NCBI RefSeq assembly: GCF_009914755.1
Contig: NC_060934.1
Strand: one strand, 5' to 3'
DNA length: 64,000 nucleotides
From: the human T2T-CHM13v2.0 reference genome, Homo sapiens
Shown: positions 1-39,962 of the stretch, one piece after another
Position numbering within the stretch: the first letter of the stretch is position 1
How the letters are laid out: each line of letters begins with the position of its first letter
Made by a program: the position numbers and the translations under genes
The notes under the pieces: model-generated
Told to the model about the DNA's origin: nothing
Databases searched by the model: none
Seen by the model: the letters and a program-made list of their open reading frames with translations, nothing else

Positions 1-1255
1 CCTCCTGGACTCAAGCAATTCTCCTGCCTCAGCCTCCCTAGTGGCTGGGATTACAGGTGCCTGCCACCATGCCCAGCTAATTTTTGTATTTTGGTAGAGA
101 CAGGGTTTCACCATGTTGGCCAGGCTGGTCTTGAACTCTTGACCTCAAGCAGTCTGCCTACCTCAGGCTCCCAAAGTGCTGGGATTACAGGCGTGAGCCA
201 CTACACCCAGCCTTAATTGATTTTTTAATACATTGAACCATCCTTGTATTTCAGGAATAAATCTCAGTTGATCAAGATGTATAATCCTTTAAACTTTATT
301 ATTGATTTTGATTTGCTAGTATTTTTTAAGAGTCTTGGCTGGGCACAGTGGCTCATGCCTGTAACCCCAGCACTTTAGGAAGCCAAAACAAGAGCATCAC
401 CTGAGACCAGCAGTTTGAGACCAGCCTGGACAATAGGCAACATAGCAAGACTCCACCTCTATAAAAAAAATTTAAAAATATCTGGATGCAGTGGATGCAT
501 CTATATTCCCAGTTACTCAGGAGGCTGAGGCAGGAGGATCATTTGAGTCCAGGAGGTCAAGGCTGCAGTGAGCCACGACCATGCCACTGCACTGTGGCCT
601 GGGTGACAGTAAGACCTTGTTTCAAAAAAAAATTTTTTTTAACCCAAAAACTAAAAATACAAAATCAAAACAAAAATAATAAAAAAACAGAATCTCACTA
701 TGTTGCCCAGGCTGGAGTGCAGTGGCTATTCACAGGCATGATTGTGTATACTACAGCTTCTAAATTCTAAGCTTTAGTAATCCTCCTGCTTCTCTCTCCT
801 GAGTAGTAGGAATAAAGATGTGTGCCACTGAGCCTGGCAATTTGCTAGTACTTTTTGTTTGTTTATAGACACAGGGTCTCACTCTTTTGCCCAACCTGGA
901 GTATGTTGGCATGATCATAACTCACTGCAGCCTCAAACTGCTGGGCTTAAGTGATCTTCCTGCCTCAGCCTCCCAAGTACCTAGAACTACAGGCTCACAC
1001 CACCATGCCTGGCTAATTTTATTTTATTTTATTTTATTTTTTTAAGAGAAGAGGTCTCACACTATGTTGCCCAGGCTGGTCTCAAACTCCTGACTTCAAG
1101 CAATCCTCCTGCCTTGGTCTCTGAATGTCCTGGGATTACAGGTGTGAGCCACTATACCCAGCCTTGCTAGTATTTTGATGAGGATATTTGCATCTTTATT
1201 TGTGAGGGATGTTGGTCTGTAGTTTTCTTGTAGTATGTGTCTGGCTTTAGGATTA

Positions 1256-1573
<318 letters not shown>

Positions 1574-1757
1574 TTAGCTTTTTGAAAAATTTGAGAAGGT
1601 TTGGTATTAATTCTTTAAATGTTTTGTAGAATTCACCAGTGAAGCCATGTGGTCCAAGACTTTTCTTTATTGGGAAATTTTTGATTACTGACTCAATCCC
1701 ATACTCATAAGTCTGTTTCTATTTCTTCATTATTCAATCTTGGCAGATCATGCATTT

Positions 1758-1793
1758 TTAGCACCACGCTCTAACCAACTGAGCTAACCGGCC
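1758..1793 (-). pseudogene. Retroposed 5' half of tRNA-Ile(AAT) (tailless retropseudogene)
   Basis: Minus strand GGCCGGTTAGCTCAGTTGGTTAGAGCGTGGTGCTAA is nt 1-36 of tRNA-Ile-AAT, ending in the anticodon. Flanked by the direct repeat agatcatgcattttta (1745-1760, 1798-1813). Confidence 0.92.
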
Positions 1794-2129
1794 GACTAGA
1801 TCATGCATTTTTAAGGAAGTTGTATGTTTCATGTAGGTTATCCAATTTGCTTATGTATAGTTGTTCACAGTATTCCCTTATAACCCTTTTTATTTCCGTA
1901 AAATTAGTAGTAATGTCCCTACTTTCATTTCTGATTTTAGTGATTTGAGTCTTCTTTTTTACTTAGTCATTCTAGCTAAAGGTTTCAATTTTGTTAATCT
2001 TTTAGTAGAACCAGCTTTGGTTTTGTTGATTTTTCTCCATTGTTTTACTATTCTCTATTTTACTTTTTTCTGTTCAAATCTTTATTATTTCCTTCCCCCT
2101 TATACCTTTGGGTTTAGTTTACTCTTCTT

Positions 2130-2760
<631 letters not shown>

Positions 2761-3000
2761 TAAGGTATAAAGTTAGGTTATTTACTTAGATCTTCCCTCT
2801 TTTTTAATATGTTTACTTACAACTATTAATCTCTCTCTCAGCACTGTTTTTACTGTATCCCATAAGTTTTAATATATTGTATTTATGTTTTCATTTGTCT
2901 CAAGGTATTTCCTAATTTCTCTTGTGTTTGCTTCTTTGACCCATTGGTTGTTTAAGACTACATTGTTTAATTTCCATATATTTATGAATTTTCCAGTTTT

Positions 3001-13728
<10,728 letters not shown>

Positions 13729-13754
13729 TCACCTACATGCTCTACTCGCCCATT

Positions 13755-13878
13755 AGATTTCATGTGCAGAACACGAGTTCAAAGATAAAAATTTTAAGAA
13801 CTTCAAGACGGTGACAGCAGAACATTAAACCAAGCATGGGGCTCTTCTGGGGGGATGGCACCCACGAAGCTGACCCTG
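13755..13878. mobile_element. MER91-like hAT fragment
   Basis: aaagataaaattttaagaacttcaagacggtgacagcagaacattaaaccaagc. Confidence 0.6.
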
Positions 13879-15554
13879 GCTGGGACTAAAACTCAGCTCT
13901 CCCAATTCACAGCCCCACATACTCTCTATTCCAGAAGCAGCAGAGCCACTCTTCAATTGAAACCTTAAGTGGGGCTGGGTGTGGTGGCGCACACCTGTAA
14001 TCCTAGCACTTTGGGAGGCCGAGGTGGATGGATCACTTGAGGTCAGGAGTTCAAGAACAGCCTGGCCAACATGGTGGAACCCCGCCTCTACCAAAAATAC
14101 AAAAATTAGCCAGATGTGGTAGCATACGCCTGTAATCCCAGCTACTTGGGAGGCTGAGGCACAAAAATTGCTTGAACCTAGGAGGCAGAGGTTGCAGTGA
14201 GCTGAGATTATGTCACCGTCCAGCCTGGGCAATGTAGCCAGACTCCATCTCAAAAAAAAAAAAAAAAAACTTAAGTGGAAGTAGAATATATAATTCTTGT
14301 ATTAATAGTAAAATACTTTTTAAAAAACCACAAGTTTATAATAGATAACCTGACCAGTTGAGGCTTTTTAAATATTCAACTTCATAGGTATCACCTTATC
14401 TTTGCTTCATGTAACTTAAATTCACCTCCAGACTAAAGAAGCATAGCATACTGTCTTTGGCACACAGTCTTTAATTACCACACTCCTCTCCTGAAACGCT
14501 TCCTCTGCCTGGTTAAATCTGATGCATCCTTTATGGCTCAGTTTCACTCATTCTTCTATGAAATTTATTTAGCTTAACTGTAATAACAGTGAGCACCACT
14601 TACTGGGCGCTCACTCTGTGCCTGGCCTGATGCTGAGTGTGTTTTACTTTTTATTTCCAAGAATAGTTAAGTAGTAAGACTCTTACTGCTTAGAACACAA
14701 CAATTTAAGCAAAAAGTAGTTAAAAATGATCAATTAGGTCACAAAATCTATGCGAGTGTTGAACTTGGATGCTATATGGCAAATAAAATTTCCAACCTAC
14801 TACTGCTGCCACTCAATACTTAAGACACTAGCCAGACAGTGTTGTACATCTGCAGTTTTAGCTACTTAGAAGGCTGAGGTGGGAGGATCACTTGAGCCCA
14901 GGAGTTCAAGGATGCAGTGAGCTATGATTGTGCCACTGCACTCCAGCCTGGGCAACAGAGCAAGACCTCATCTCTCTCTATATATATAGATAGATAGATA
15001 GATGCCAGAAACTGTGTCACAGAAGCTCTGAAAGAACCAGGTGCCACCATCATGAGGCTTACCACAAAAGATCCAGTCTCCTCTTGCAATTGCTGCCATA
15101 TATTGTTCTGGGGTACATTTGCTTGACGAAGCCTAGGAAGATTCTTACAGATATGGAAGTCTTTTAAATATTTTAGCTTTCAGCTTCTTTGGTATATGAA
15201 AGTAAGAATTGGAATAGGCAGAGTGAGGTTTTCTAAATTATCTGCCACATACTTCTTTTCTTTTTCTTATATTATCAACACATCTAGAACCATTTTGAGT
15301 GGAAGAAGTGCTACCAAGCACTCTGACTTTATTTCTGGCATTATCTAAAGTGTTTCAAAATTAGTTTCACAATCAAGTGTGATATTCGTTAGAAGCTTAT
15401 GGTAGATCCCGCTAATCAAGTTAAGGAGGTTCCCTTCTACTAGTTTTCAAGGAGTATCTTATTTTTAAAATCATAAATGGGTGTCAAATACTTTTCCCTA
15501 ACAACATATCTACTAATATTGTGGATTTTATTAACAGATTTTTTTTTTTTTTGA

Positions 15555-15839
<285 letters not shown>

Positions 15840-16498
15840 TAACAGGTTTTTAAAACGTTGAACCATCTTTACATTCTTGGGATACATGATACTTGGTCAC
15901 AATATTTTTGATGCATGGTTTACATTGCCTGGTTGTTTGCTAATTTTTAAAAAGTAGATTTTAATGAATAATTTACATCGAATAAAATGCATATATTTTA
16001 AATATACTATAAAATGAGCTTTGTTAAATGTATGCACCTGAAGAACCACCAGGATATAGAACATTTTAATCACCCCAGAATGTCTCTTGTGCACCTTTCA
16101 TGTCAATTCCCACCCTACTCCCACCCCACTGTTGCCCGTGGCAAACAGTGATCTACTTTTTAATCACTATAAATTTCTTTCCTACAGTGTCATATAAATG
16201 TAACTATAGAGTATTTACTCTTTCATGCCTGGCTTCTTTCACTCAGCATTTTTGGAGATTCATATATATCATTGTATATATCACTACTAGTTCATTTTAT
16301 TACTGAGTATTACTCTAAATGGCAATACCATAGTTTGATTACTCATTTCACTGTGGATAGAAATTTGGGTTGTTTCTAGTTCAGGGCCATTATGAATAAT
16401 GCTGCTGTGAAGACTCATGAGTCTTTATATGTACACATTGTCAATTCTCTTCAGGGAAAAAACCTAGGAATGGAATTCATGGGTTATATGAGAAGTAC

Positions 16499-16727
16499 AC
16501 AGTCAATCCTTGGTATATACACAGGGGATTCCTCCAGGACCTCCCATGTATACCAAAATCCATGCATCCTCAAGTTTCTCAGTCAGCTCTGTGGAACACG
16601 CATATTTGAAAAGTCAGACCTCCATATATGTGGGTTTTGCATCCTGCAAATATGTATTATTTTCCACCTGTGTTTCACTGAAAAAAAAAACCCAGTTCAA
16701 ACCCATGTTGTTTAAGGGTCAACTGTA
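16499..16727. mobile_element. MER2-like Tigger DNA transposon fossil
   Basis: cagtcaatccttggtat...ccaggacc...ataccaaaatcc ... aagggtcaactgta terminal inverted repeats. Confidence 0.75.
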
Positions 16728-17039
16728 TATTTAACTTCATAAGAGACTGCAAAACTGCTTGCTAAAGTGGTTGTACCATTTTGCATTTCCACCAAGAGTG
16801 TATGAGTTCCAGTGGTTCCATATCCTGCATTGTCAGTCTTTTTAATTTTAGCCAGTAGAGTGAGTGTGTAGTAGTATCTTACTGTGATTTCAGTTTGCAT
16901 TTCCTTGATGACCAATGATCTTAAGCATCTTTTCATATGCTTTGTAGTTATTCACATATCTTCTTTAGTGAAAGCACCTATTAAAATCTTTGCCCTTTTT
17001 AAATTGAACTGTCTCAATCTGGATACAAGTCCTTTTTCA

Positions 17040-17040
<1 letters not shown>

Positions 17041-17079
<39 letters not shown>
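17041..17079. repeat. (CA)n microsatellite
   Basis: About 19 AC units. Confidence 0.95.
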
Positions 17080-17080
<1 letters not shown>

Positions 17081-17707
17081 TTTCTTCTAGTCTGCATCTT
17101 GCCATTTCATTTTCTTAAGTGACTTTCAAAAAGAAGAACTTTCAAATATTGGTAAACTCCAGTGTATTTTTTCTTTTATGGTTAATGCTTTTTTGTTGTT
17201 GTTTTTTTCTGGTTTGTTTGTTTAATAGAACAGGGTCTCACTATATTGCCCATGCTGGTCTTGAACTCCTGACCTCAAGTGACATTCCTGCCTCAGCCTC
17301 CCAAAGTGCTAGGATTACAGGCATGAGCCACCACACCTGGCTGAGGTTAATGCTTTTTATGTCCTAAGAAACTACTGCCTATCCCGAAGTCAAAAGTATT
17401 TTTTTCCTAAGTTTTTATAGTTGTAACTTTCACATTCAGGTATATAATTCATTTCAACTTATTTTTTGTATATAGCATGAAGTAAAGGTTATGGCTTGAT
17501 AGACACATAGGTGGTAGACAGATAACCAATTTGTTCCAGTTACACTTGTTGAAAGGTATCCATTTTCTATTGAATTGTATTGACTCCTTTGCGGACAATC
17601 AGTTGAACGCGTATGTGTTTGTCTCTTTCTGGACTTTCTATTTTGTGCCATTGATCTATATGTCTATTCTTAGAATAATAACACTATCTTCACTTACTGT
17701 TGCTTTA

Positions 17708-17836
<129 letters not shown>

Positions 17837-18941
17837 CTACTAAAAATACAAAAATTAATTAGCTGGGCGTGGTGGCAGGAACCTGTAATCTCAGCTACTT
17901 GGGAGGCTGTGGCAGGAGAATTGCTTGATTCCGGGAAGTGGAGGTTGCAGTGAGCTAACGCTGCTGCACCCAACCTGGGGGACAGAGTAAGACTCTGTCT
18001 CACCAAAAAAAAAAAAAAAAAAAAAAAGTCTTTAAATTAGGTCATGTGAATCTTCCAACTTTATTCCTTTTCTTCCCCCGCTAATTGTCATCTTTATTCT
18101 GGATCCTTTGTATTTCCGTATAAATTTTAGGATAAGGCAAGCATGATAGTTCATGCCTATAATCCCAACTACTCAGGAAGCTGACGTGGGAGGATTGCTT
18201 GAGCCCAGGAGTTCAAGGCTGCAGTGAGCTATGATCGTGCTACAGCATTTCAGTCTGGGCAACAGAGCAAGACCCTGTCTCTTTAAATAAATTTTTTGTT
18301 TTAGAATGAGACTATTTTTAAAAAATCTGCTTGGATTTTTATTGGGATTGTCTTGAATATATAGGTTAATTTGGGGAAAGCAAAATTGAGTCCTCTGATC
18401 TGTGAACATGATACCTATCTCCATTTATTTAGAACTTCTCTAATATTTCTCAGCAATGTTTTATAGTTTTCAATATACAGTTCTTATACATATTTTGTTA
18501 AATTTAAATCTAAGTGTAACATTTTTCAGGCTATCATACTGTTTTTTAAATTCAGTTTTTAATTCGTTTTTGTATATGGACTTTGTATTCTACACTCTTG
18601 TTAACCTCTGTTCATTTTTAAAAACTCTTTTGTAGATTCTCTAGGAATTTTTTTTCTAACCAACACAATCATGTCACATATGAATAAAGACTACTACTTT
18701 AATTCTTCCTTTCTGAGGTGTGTGCCTTTTATTTCTGTTTCTTACGTTATTGCGTTAACCCGGATTTCTAGTTCAATGTTAAGTAGGAATGGAGGAAAGC
18801 AGATATTGTTGACTTATTCCAAACATAGGGAGAAGGCATTCTGTCCTTTACCGTTTAAATATGCTAAAATAAGATTCTTATAAATGCCTTTTATCAAGTT
18901 GAGGAAATTTCTGTCCCTTGCTATTTAAAAAAAAATCATGA

Positions 18942-25395
<6,454 letters not shown>

Positions 25396-25409
25396 AAAAA
25401 AACATGAAC

Positions 25410-31260
<5,851 letters not shown>

Positions 31261-32380
31261 TGATGAGGACAACCTTCCTTCACTAATTAGCAGGCGTGTT
31301 CTGAGCCTTGGGAGCAGCCTGGGGTGACAGCTTCAAGTTGTGCAGCTTTTCCCAGACATGCTGCCTTTCCCCATGTGAGCCCTCTGTTAAGTGAAACACA
31401 CTCTTTCAAGAAGCCCCCAGATGAGTTAGAATGCTGGAAATAAGTTCTGCTCTATTCCCTCCCGTTCAAGGGAGGGAAATGAGCAACACTACTGAAAAGT
31501 TCTGGTTTACACTGAGATTAGAAGTTTATACTATAATGTAAATAACACTGCTTTCTTCATCTAGAAAGACTTGCTACAAAAAGTCAACTGAATTAAATGA
31601 AGGAGGTACTTACTGATGTAGTTTATTTTTATTTTGATGTAAATGCCTTTGTGGACAAGAAACCCCACGGCAGCTCATCTATAAGCCACACTGACTAGCA
31701 CTGTTTCAGAGCACTTTTAATATTACCTTACTTGAACTTTTCATGGACTATTTTCTCCATAGTTGCAGAAATAAGAAAAGAACGTGGGAAAGATAGCACT
31801 GATTATTTTTAGTAAGGACTACTTTTTTTCTATCTATCTCATAAGTCAAAAGGTGTTTCATGTAACAGAACCTCACTTTTTTGCTTTTTAAAAGCAAAGT
31901 AAAAATAGAACATAACTAAATTCAACTGTTATGTAAGTTATTTTGTCTTCTCAGACTTAATGATTTATCATGCATGTATCAAAAGATGAGATTTTTATTA
32001 TAAGTTAACCATACGTAGTTATTTTATATATGACTCATGATATATCAAAACCTGGGTAAAACCCACATTGGAATGGAGTTCAACTATACTTAAAGTAGAT
32101 ATTATGATAATTCTGACTCTTTGTTGGACTTACGTGAATGCCTTTTCTAACTTGAAACACAATCCTTCTCCCTAAAAAGCACTGAAATGTAAAAGTGTAC
32201 ATCAATCTATATTTAAAATGTTCTATTCCAAATTTGAAGTGCTTAGCCTAAAACAGATTTCTTTTAGAAATAAGCCTATTATGAATTGAAAAGACCAACT
32301 GACAAAATTTGAGAAGTTTTCCTTTTTCAGATTTTAGAGTTTATTTCTTATGTGATTATCCTGCTTTGTATATAACACTA

Positions 32381-32700
32381 CAGTCATGTGCCACCTAACA
32401 TTTCAGTCAGTGACAGACTGCTTATCTGGTGGTGGTCCTGTAGATTAAAATACTCTATACTGTACCTTTTTCTATGTTTAGATACATACATTGTTAGCTT
32501 TGTGTTATAACTGGTTACAGTATTCAGTACAATAACATGCTGTATAGGTTTGTAGCCTGGGAGCAATAGGCTGTATCATATAGCCTAGGTATGTAGCAGA
32601 CTATACCATCTAAGTTTGTGTAAGTACACTCTGTGATGTTCCCACAACAACAATCTTCTAATGATGATGCATTTTCCTCTCATTAAGCAACACATAACTA
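32381..32700. mobile_element. Tigger3-like DNA transposon fossil
   Basis: ta|cagtcatgtgccacctaac...ggtggtcc...gtttgtagcctgggagcaataggct...ttaagcaacacataact. Confidence 0.75.
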
Positions 32701-33286
32701 ATTTCAACAGAACAGTGCTACAATGAAAGTTCAACAAGACCTCAAAAGCAGACGATGGAGGACTTCCACTCCTTTTGGTTGCTCCTTTTACTTAACATCT
32801 GCTTGTATATGTTATTTACAGTAAGGCATTCTCATCAGTTTTCCTGAGTAGAAATTTATATTTAACTTAAGGCTACATTTACACAGAAAGTAAACTTCAT
32901 AGTCCTCAAATTTCAGAAAGTAGGCAGCCAAAGACCTTTACTGGTCTACTACAGTTAATTTTGCAAAATATCATTAAAGTGGTTGAATAATATCCAAGGA
33001 CATTAGGAGCACAGGATTTTGAAATTTTATTCTGATAAATCTGGTAATTTATGGTACTCTATTAACTCATTCCTTTTTGTCTAAGTTACCCAATATTGTT
33101 CCCTCTAAAACACTAACTTTTACTATAGTAAAAATAACCACCGCCAAGAGATTGGTCCTTGTGTTGCTGGCCATCTGGATTAAGATGTCATTTTTCCCAT
33201 TCTGCTTTCTCCCAGCAATCTTCATTTCATAATTCTGTCTGTTCAAGTGATTTATAATTAATCATAATTTGGTGTATGTGTTTTAG

Positions 33287-33730
<444 letters not shown>

Positions 33731-33862
33731 TAAAGATACTTAGATTCTTTTAAGCAGCAATAAGATTTCATTTATATACACACACACATATATTAGTTTA
33801 TAAATTATATATATGTGTTGATTTACTATTTGTAACTTCTCCACACTCTCACACTGTAATAA

Positions 33863-33989
<127 letters not shown>

Positions 33990-34028
33990 TAGCTGGGATT
34001 ATGGGCACCTGCCACCATGCCTGGCTAA

Positions 34029-34192
<164 letters not shown>

Positions 34193-35166
34193 TAGATGAT
34201 TGCTTCTTTTATTACTGCATTTACCATTCAGCTTTCCAAAGAATCGTAAAGTCAGTTCACTGCTCTTTTTATAATATTACTAGGTTATTACCATCTAGTT
34301 ATCACATTTGCTTACCCCACTGTTAAGATGTTCTGGTGGATACTTCCGTTAACTCCATGTTGGTGATAACTCCCTATTTAAAGTTAATAAGAATAAAAGT
34401 TAGTTAATGAATGATGAAACTTCCAATATGGAAGGAAAGGCTTAGGGTTGGTGAGGAAACAACAGTTTCCACATTTTCCAGGGTAGTTCCAGCCCTCCTT
34501 TATGTGAAAGTTCAGCATTAAAAGAAATAACAGAATTGCAGTAATGGAACTAAAAGCTTCATATTGGATTTTTCCCTCTTTTCATTTGGAAAGAAAAATC
34601 ATTGGTAATTATAAAACTTTAAAGGGTTCTGTATGATCTAATTCTGAAAGAGTTTAATAATTCCCACGTGGGGTTCCAAGTTGAATATAATGAAATTTGT
34701 AAGATTATGGAATACGTAATTTCCTTCTGAAAGACACTTGTATTCTACTTTCTATAACACACATGGCAATAAACAGTATTTTCCATTCTTTGAACCCCTA
34801 TATTATGTCTACATTTTTGAATTTTCTGCTTCCATCCACTTTACTAAAAAATTTTTTTAAAAATCATCAATGGTCACAAAATCTGAGTGGATCAAAGTGC
34901 TGAACTTAATTCTCCATATTTCTAAAACACTTATATTGGAACAAAGGCTAGTCAGAAGAAAGGAGCTTCAGAGTTCACTTAAAAGTGGGTAAAAATACCT
35001 ACTTTCCCAGAGAATCAAACCAAATTCTTCCTTCAGTATTTAAATACTGCATAAAGTATAAAGAACTCTTGTGTGAACTAGGATTCACCATAAGTAATGT
35101 AAATAGTCTAAAGCATCAATTAACTTACTTCATTAAGCTCACAGCTATTACCACACCATATTTCTT

Positions 35167-36003
<837 letters not shown>

Positions 36004-36051
36004 CATCATATTTCTTAATAGGAGAAAGTCTTAAGTACCACTATTGTAATA

Positions 36052-36359
<308 letters not shown>

Positions 36360-36756
36360 TAACCACAGTAAAGTATTTTAGAGCTCTCTTTGAAGGAAGC
36401 ACATCTTGATTCATGAAATATCTGAAACTTCAGAGAGCCTAAGTTTTTCTTAACCATGTGACATTAGTGTGAGTGGAAACCAAGAGTATAAACCTAAGCC
36501 CTATGTACTAAAGAAATTACATAAGTTAACCTGTTACTGCCACATCATACATTCGGATTTAAATACGAAAAACACCACACAGAAAACAAACATTTTTTTA
36601 AAAAAGATTTAAGATCATAAATAGGTCATTGTTGTCACAACACATTTCAGAATCTTAAAAAAACAAACATTTTGGCTTTCTAAGAAAAAGACTTTTAAAA
36701 AAAATCAATTCCCTCATCACTGAAAGGACTTGTACATTTTTAAACTTCCAGTCTCC

Positions 36757-36764
36757 TAAGGCAC
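36757..36764 (-). promoter_or_regulatory. miR-124-3p 8mer seed match (GUGCCUUA)
   Basis: Plus strand taaggcac. A second 7mer-A1 site (taaggca) is at 37212-37218. Confidence 0.55.
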
Positions 36765-37141
36765 AGTATTTAATCAGAATGCCAATATTACCACCCTGCT
36801 GTAGCAGGAATAAGAGGCAAGGTATTAGCACTAAGAAAAACAGCAAAATTCCTGAACAAAATCATCTGTCATTTTAAAAAAGGGATAAAAAAACAGGCTA
36901 AGTGGTGAGCATTTTAGTTAAGAAGGCCCAGTGTTGTTATGCAGGACTTTCCATTAAAAAAAAAAAAAAAATCGAAATATTTTAACTCAAGTACGTTTAA
37001 TTCACCACAGAGGAGCTAAAAGAAAAGAGAGGGGGTTGGTAAAATACAGTATACTTTCTTTAAAAAAGACTTGGGAGGAAAAAAATCAACTTAGAAGATC
37101 ATATGAAAGGGCAATCACATGGAACCCAGTTAGTGTCCTAG

Positions 37142-37147
37142 TTTATT
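37142..37147 (-). terminator. Candidate proximal poly(A) signal AATAAA in the P4HA1 3' UTR
   Basis: Plus strand tttatt, about 450 nt after the stop, with U-rich sequence downstream on the mRNA strand. An ATTAAA also occurs at 36769-36774. Confidence 0.5.
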
Positions 37148-37495
37148 ACTAGTCTTCAGATCCAGAAAACAGAGTAAGACACTAGGTAAACAGAACACCT
37201 AGGCACATCTGTAAGGCATTTGTTTCCTATCACACAGCCCATTCTAGCTTAACACCCACCAACTGAGATGTAGTGAAATACTAAAACTGGATGCTCAAAT
37301 TATGTTTTTATCCAACCAAAAAGTTCTTTAAATATAAAATTCCTCACTTTAAACTCTGCCTTGTCTTCTGTGATACCAACAGAACTTTAAGGTTTTATGC
37401 AATATGATGATTTCGTGTTACTTTTAAAAGAACCCACAAAGTAAGCAATTGTCCACAGATGAAACATGGGATGAGGTTCATGACTGAATCAATCA

Positions 37496-37503
37496 TGGAG
37501 TGT
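37496..37503 (-). promoter_or_regulatory. miR-122-5p 8mer seed match (ACACUCCA)
   Basis: Plus strand tggagtgt equals nt 1-8 of miR-122-5p. Lies in the P4HA1 UTR. Confidence 0.55.
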
Positions 37504-37597
37504 TAGTCAATTGTAAACTCCTGAAAGTTAAGACTAGGAAATGTGTATATCAGACACATAAGAGTACAACAATAGGAGAAAAAGGGAAGCCTGTTTG

Positions 37598-37668
37598 TCA
37601 TTCCAATTCTGACAACGTACAAGGTCTTCGAAATTCTTGTCCACGTTCATGGAGCCATTTATTGGATA
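37598..37668 (-). CDS. P4HA1: P4HA1 terminal coding segment, VSNKWLHERGQEFRRPCTLSELE*
   Basis: ctcacag|TATCC...GAA TGA. Phase matches the preceding exon. Stop codon at 37600-37598. Confidence 0.97.
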
Positions 37669-39182
37669 CTGTGAGAGAAAAGTAATATATTAATTTTCCC
37701 CCTTAATCTAATCAGTATTTAATTAGTTTCTAAAAGCTAGGTCTATAACAAAGTTTCATCATGGGATAAAAGTTCAACACCAAAACCGGATAAAGGCAGA
37801 TGCTACTTAAAAACTTGGCTAAATGCTGAAAACACAGATTTTATATACCTATATACATATGTGTACACACTTGTGTGCGTGTATGTACATACATGTATGT
37901 ATACACATGTATATTTGCCAGTCTATGTGCATTTCTTACAGTTTCCAATGTTCAATGTGAGGCTTGAAATGAGACACAAATGGACCTAAGATACAGGTAC
38001 AGGTAAGAGTAGAATATTGCTTTATGTATTGTTTTCAAAGTACAGCCTCCAAAATACAAAGACAATAATGAACACAAACTTTGCACTCTAAAGGAACAAC
38101 TCTCTTATCAACCATTGCTATTGTATGCTCATCAAGTTTCCAAAATACCTTTAAAAAATGTATACCATGTAAAAATGTATCCCAAAAGCAGTTAATTTTC
38201 TATTTTTTTTTTGTCTCTGGTACCATAGAACCCAGTCAAAATATCTAAAGCAGGAACCTTAATTCTTAACTCTTTTTCCTTCTTCAACCCTTGTATCTAC
38301 ACTTTATTCATCAAACCCTGACAATTTTCCTTACATCTCTCTCAAATCTATTTGCTCTCCAACCCTTTCACTGATGCTTTAATCCAGGCCATTATCATCT
38401 CCCACTTAGACAACAGAAAACAGCTTTCTAAACTCTCTCTCACCAACTAGCCTCTCCTCATTCTAGTCCAGTGGTTCTTAAACACTATAATCATAAGGGG
38501 AGATTTTAAAATCCTGATCAGGCCTCACTCCTTAACCTTGTAATGTCCTGTATGTAACCACTCAACATGTGGCTAGTAACACAGATTGAAATGGATACAT
38601 GGGGCTAATTAATAGATATTAAAACTAATTTTACCTGTTTCTTTTTACTTTTTAAAAATGTGGTCCTGCACTTGCATGTCCCTGACTGAGAGTGAGTGCC
38701 TCTTTAAATTTTGCACATTAGGTGCTACTCGAGCCTCACATTAGAACCTGGTATCTAACATGTTTGGAAAACTGCTGTTCTATCTTCAGGACCAAATTTA
38801 AAGAAAAAGCTTTGAAGAAGACTCCCCAAACTTAGGCAGTCACCATCTTCTGTTTACATTTTTGTATTAATATGTACTACATTATAATCCATTAGTATGT
38901 CTCAATCAGATTATTAACCCTTTGAGGGGAAGATATTGTCTTATTCAATTTTGAGTCAGTCATTGTTTCTTGGAATAAGTAAAAATAGTTAAAAATAAAA
39001 TCTGTCATCAAAATTCTGATTTCAAATTTGTATTATGATTAGGCACTTGTTTGGCTGAATCCTGTACAATGTTAAAATCATATTAAGCAAACATGGGGGC
39101 TTTTGTTTTTAAGACACAGATAATAGTTCCAAAATAAGAAACAAAAATTACATTATCTTCGCAGAATATATGAAATATTTAC

Positions 39183-39279
39183 CCCATTTGTTGCCAACTA
39201 GCACTGGACAGGCTGCATGCCGTGTACTATAATCTCCTTCTCCACTGGCAAACAGATTATACCAGAAAACAGCAGTTCC
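39183..39279 (-). CDS. P4HA1: P4HA1 coding exon (97 nt), [32 protein letters not shown]
   Basis: tccatag|GGAACT...AAATGGG|gtaaat. Carries the distal Fe-binding His (TRH) and the 2-oxoglutarate-binding Lys (GNK). Confidence 0.97.
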
Positions 39280-39346
39280 CTATGGAGAACAATTCACAAT
39301 TATCCCCAAGTATACAATGCCAGGTAATTGCTTTCGGTAGTTATTA

Positions 39347-39713
<367 letters not shown>

Positions 39714-39962
39714 TAATTCTGAAAATATGGTTATATCACTTTAAGAACCGTTTTTGATCATATGAAAAATACCATAAAAATGTTTGACAACAAAAGTATT
39801 TGCCAAAAGAAAGCTAACATATCTTACATAGCAAGATGGAGGGGAAAACACAATGCAGAACCCATTTTAGAAATGAAAAATTTTAAATACTAATTCCTGG
39901 TCATTCATTACCTCTAAGTACTCGTGGCAAGGACCATAAAAATACCTTTAAAAATGTAATTT

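Larger units (their letters stand above)
36590..37597 (-). other. P4HA1: P4HA1 3' UTR (distal end approximate)
   Basis: Repeat-free AU-rich sequence after the stop codon, with U-tracts and poly(A) hexamers. The exact cleavage site cannot be read from the sequence. Confidence 0.7.

Noticed and set aside
34380-34675. HNF1-like gttaat motifs and a cccacgtggg E-box/HRE-like palindrome in repeat-poor DNA
   Set aside because: Such short motifs are expected by chance, and I have no conservation or chromatin data to support an enhancer.
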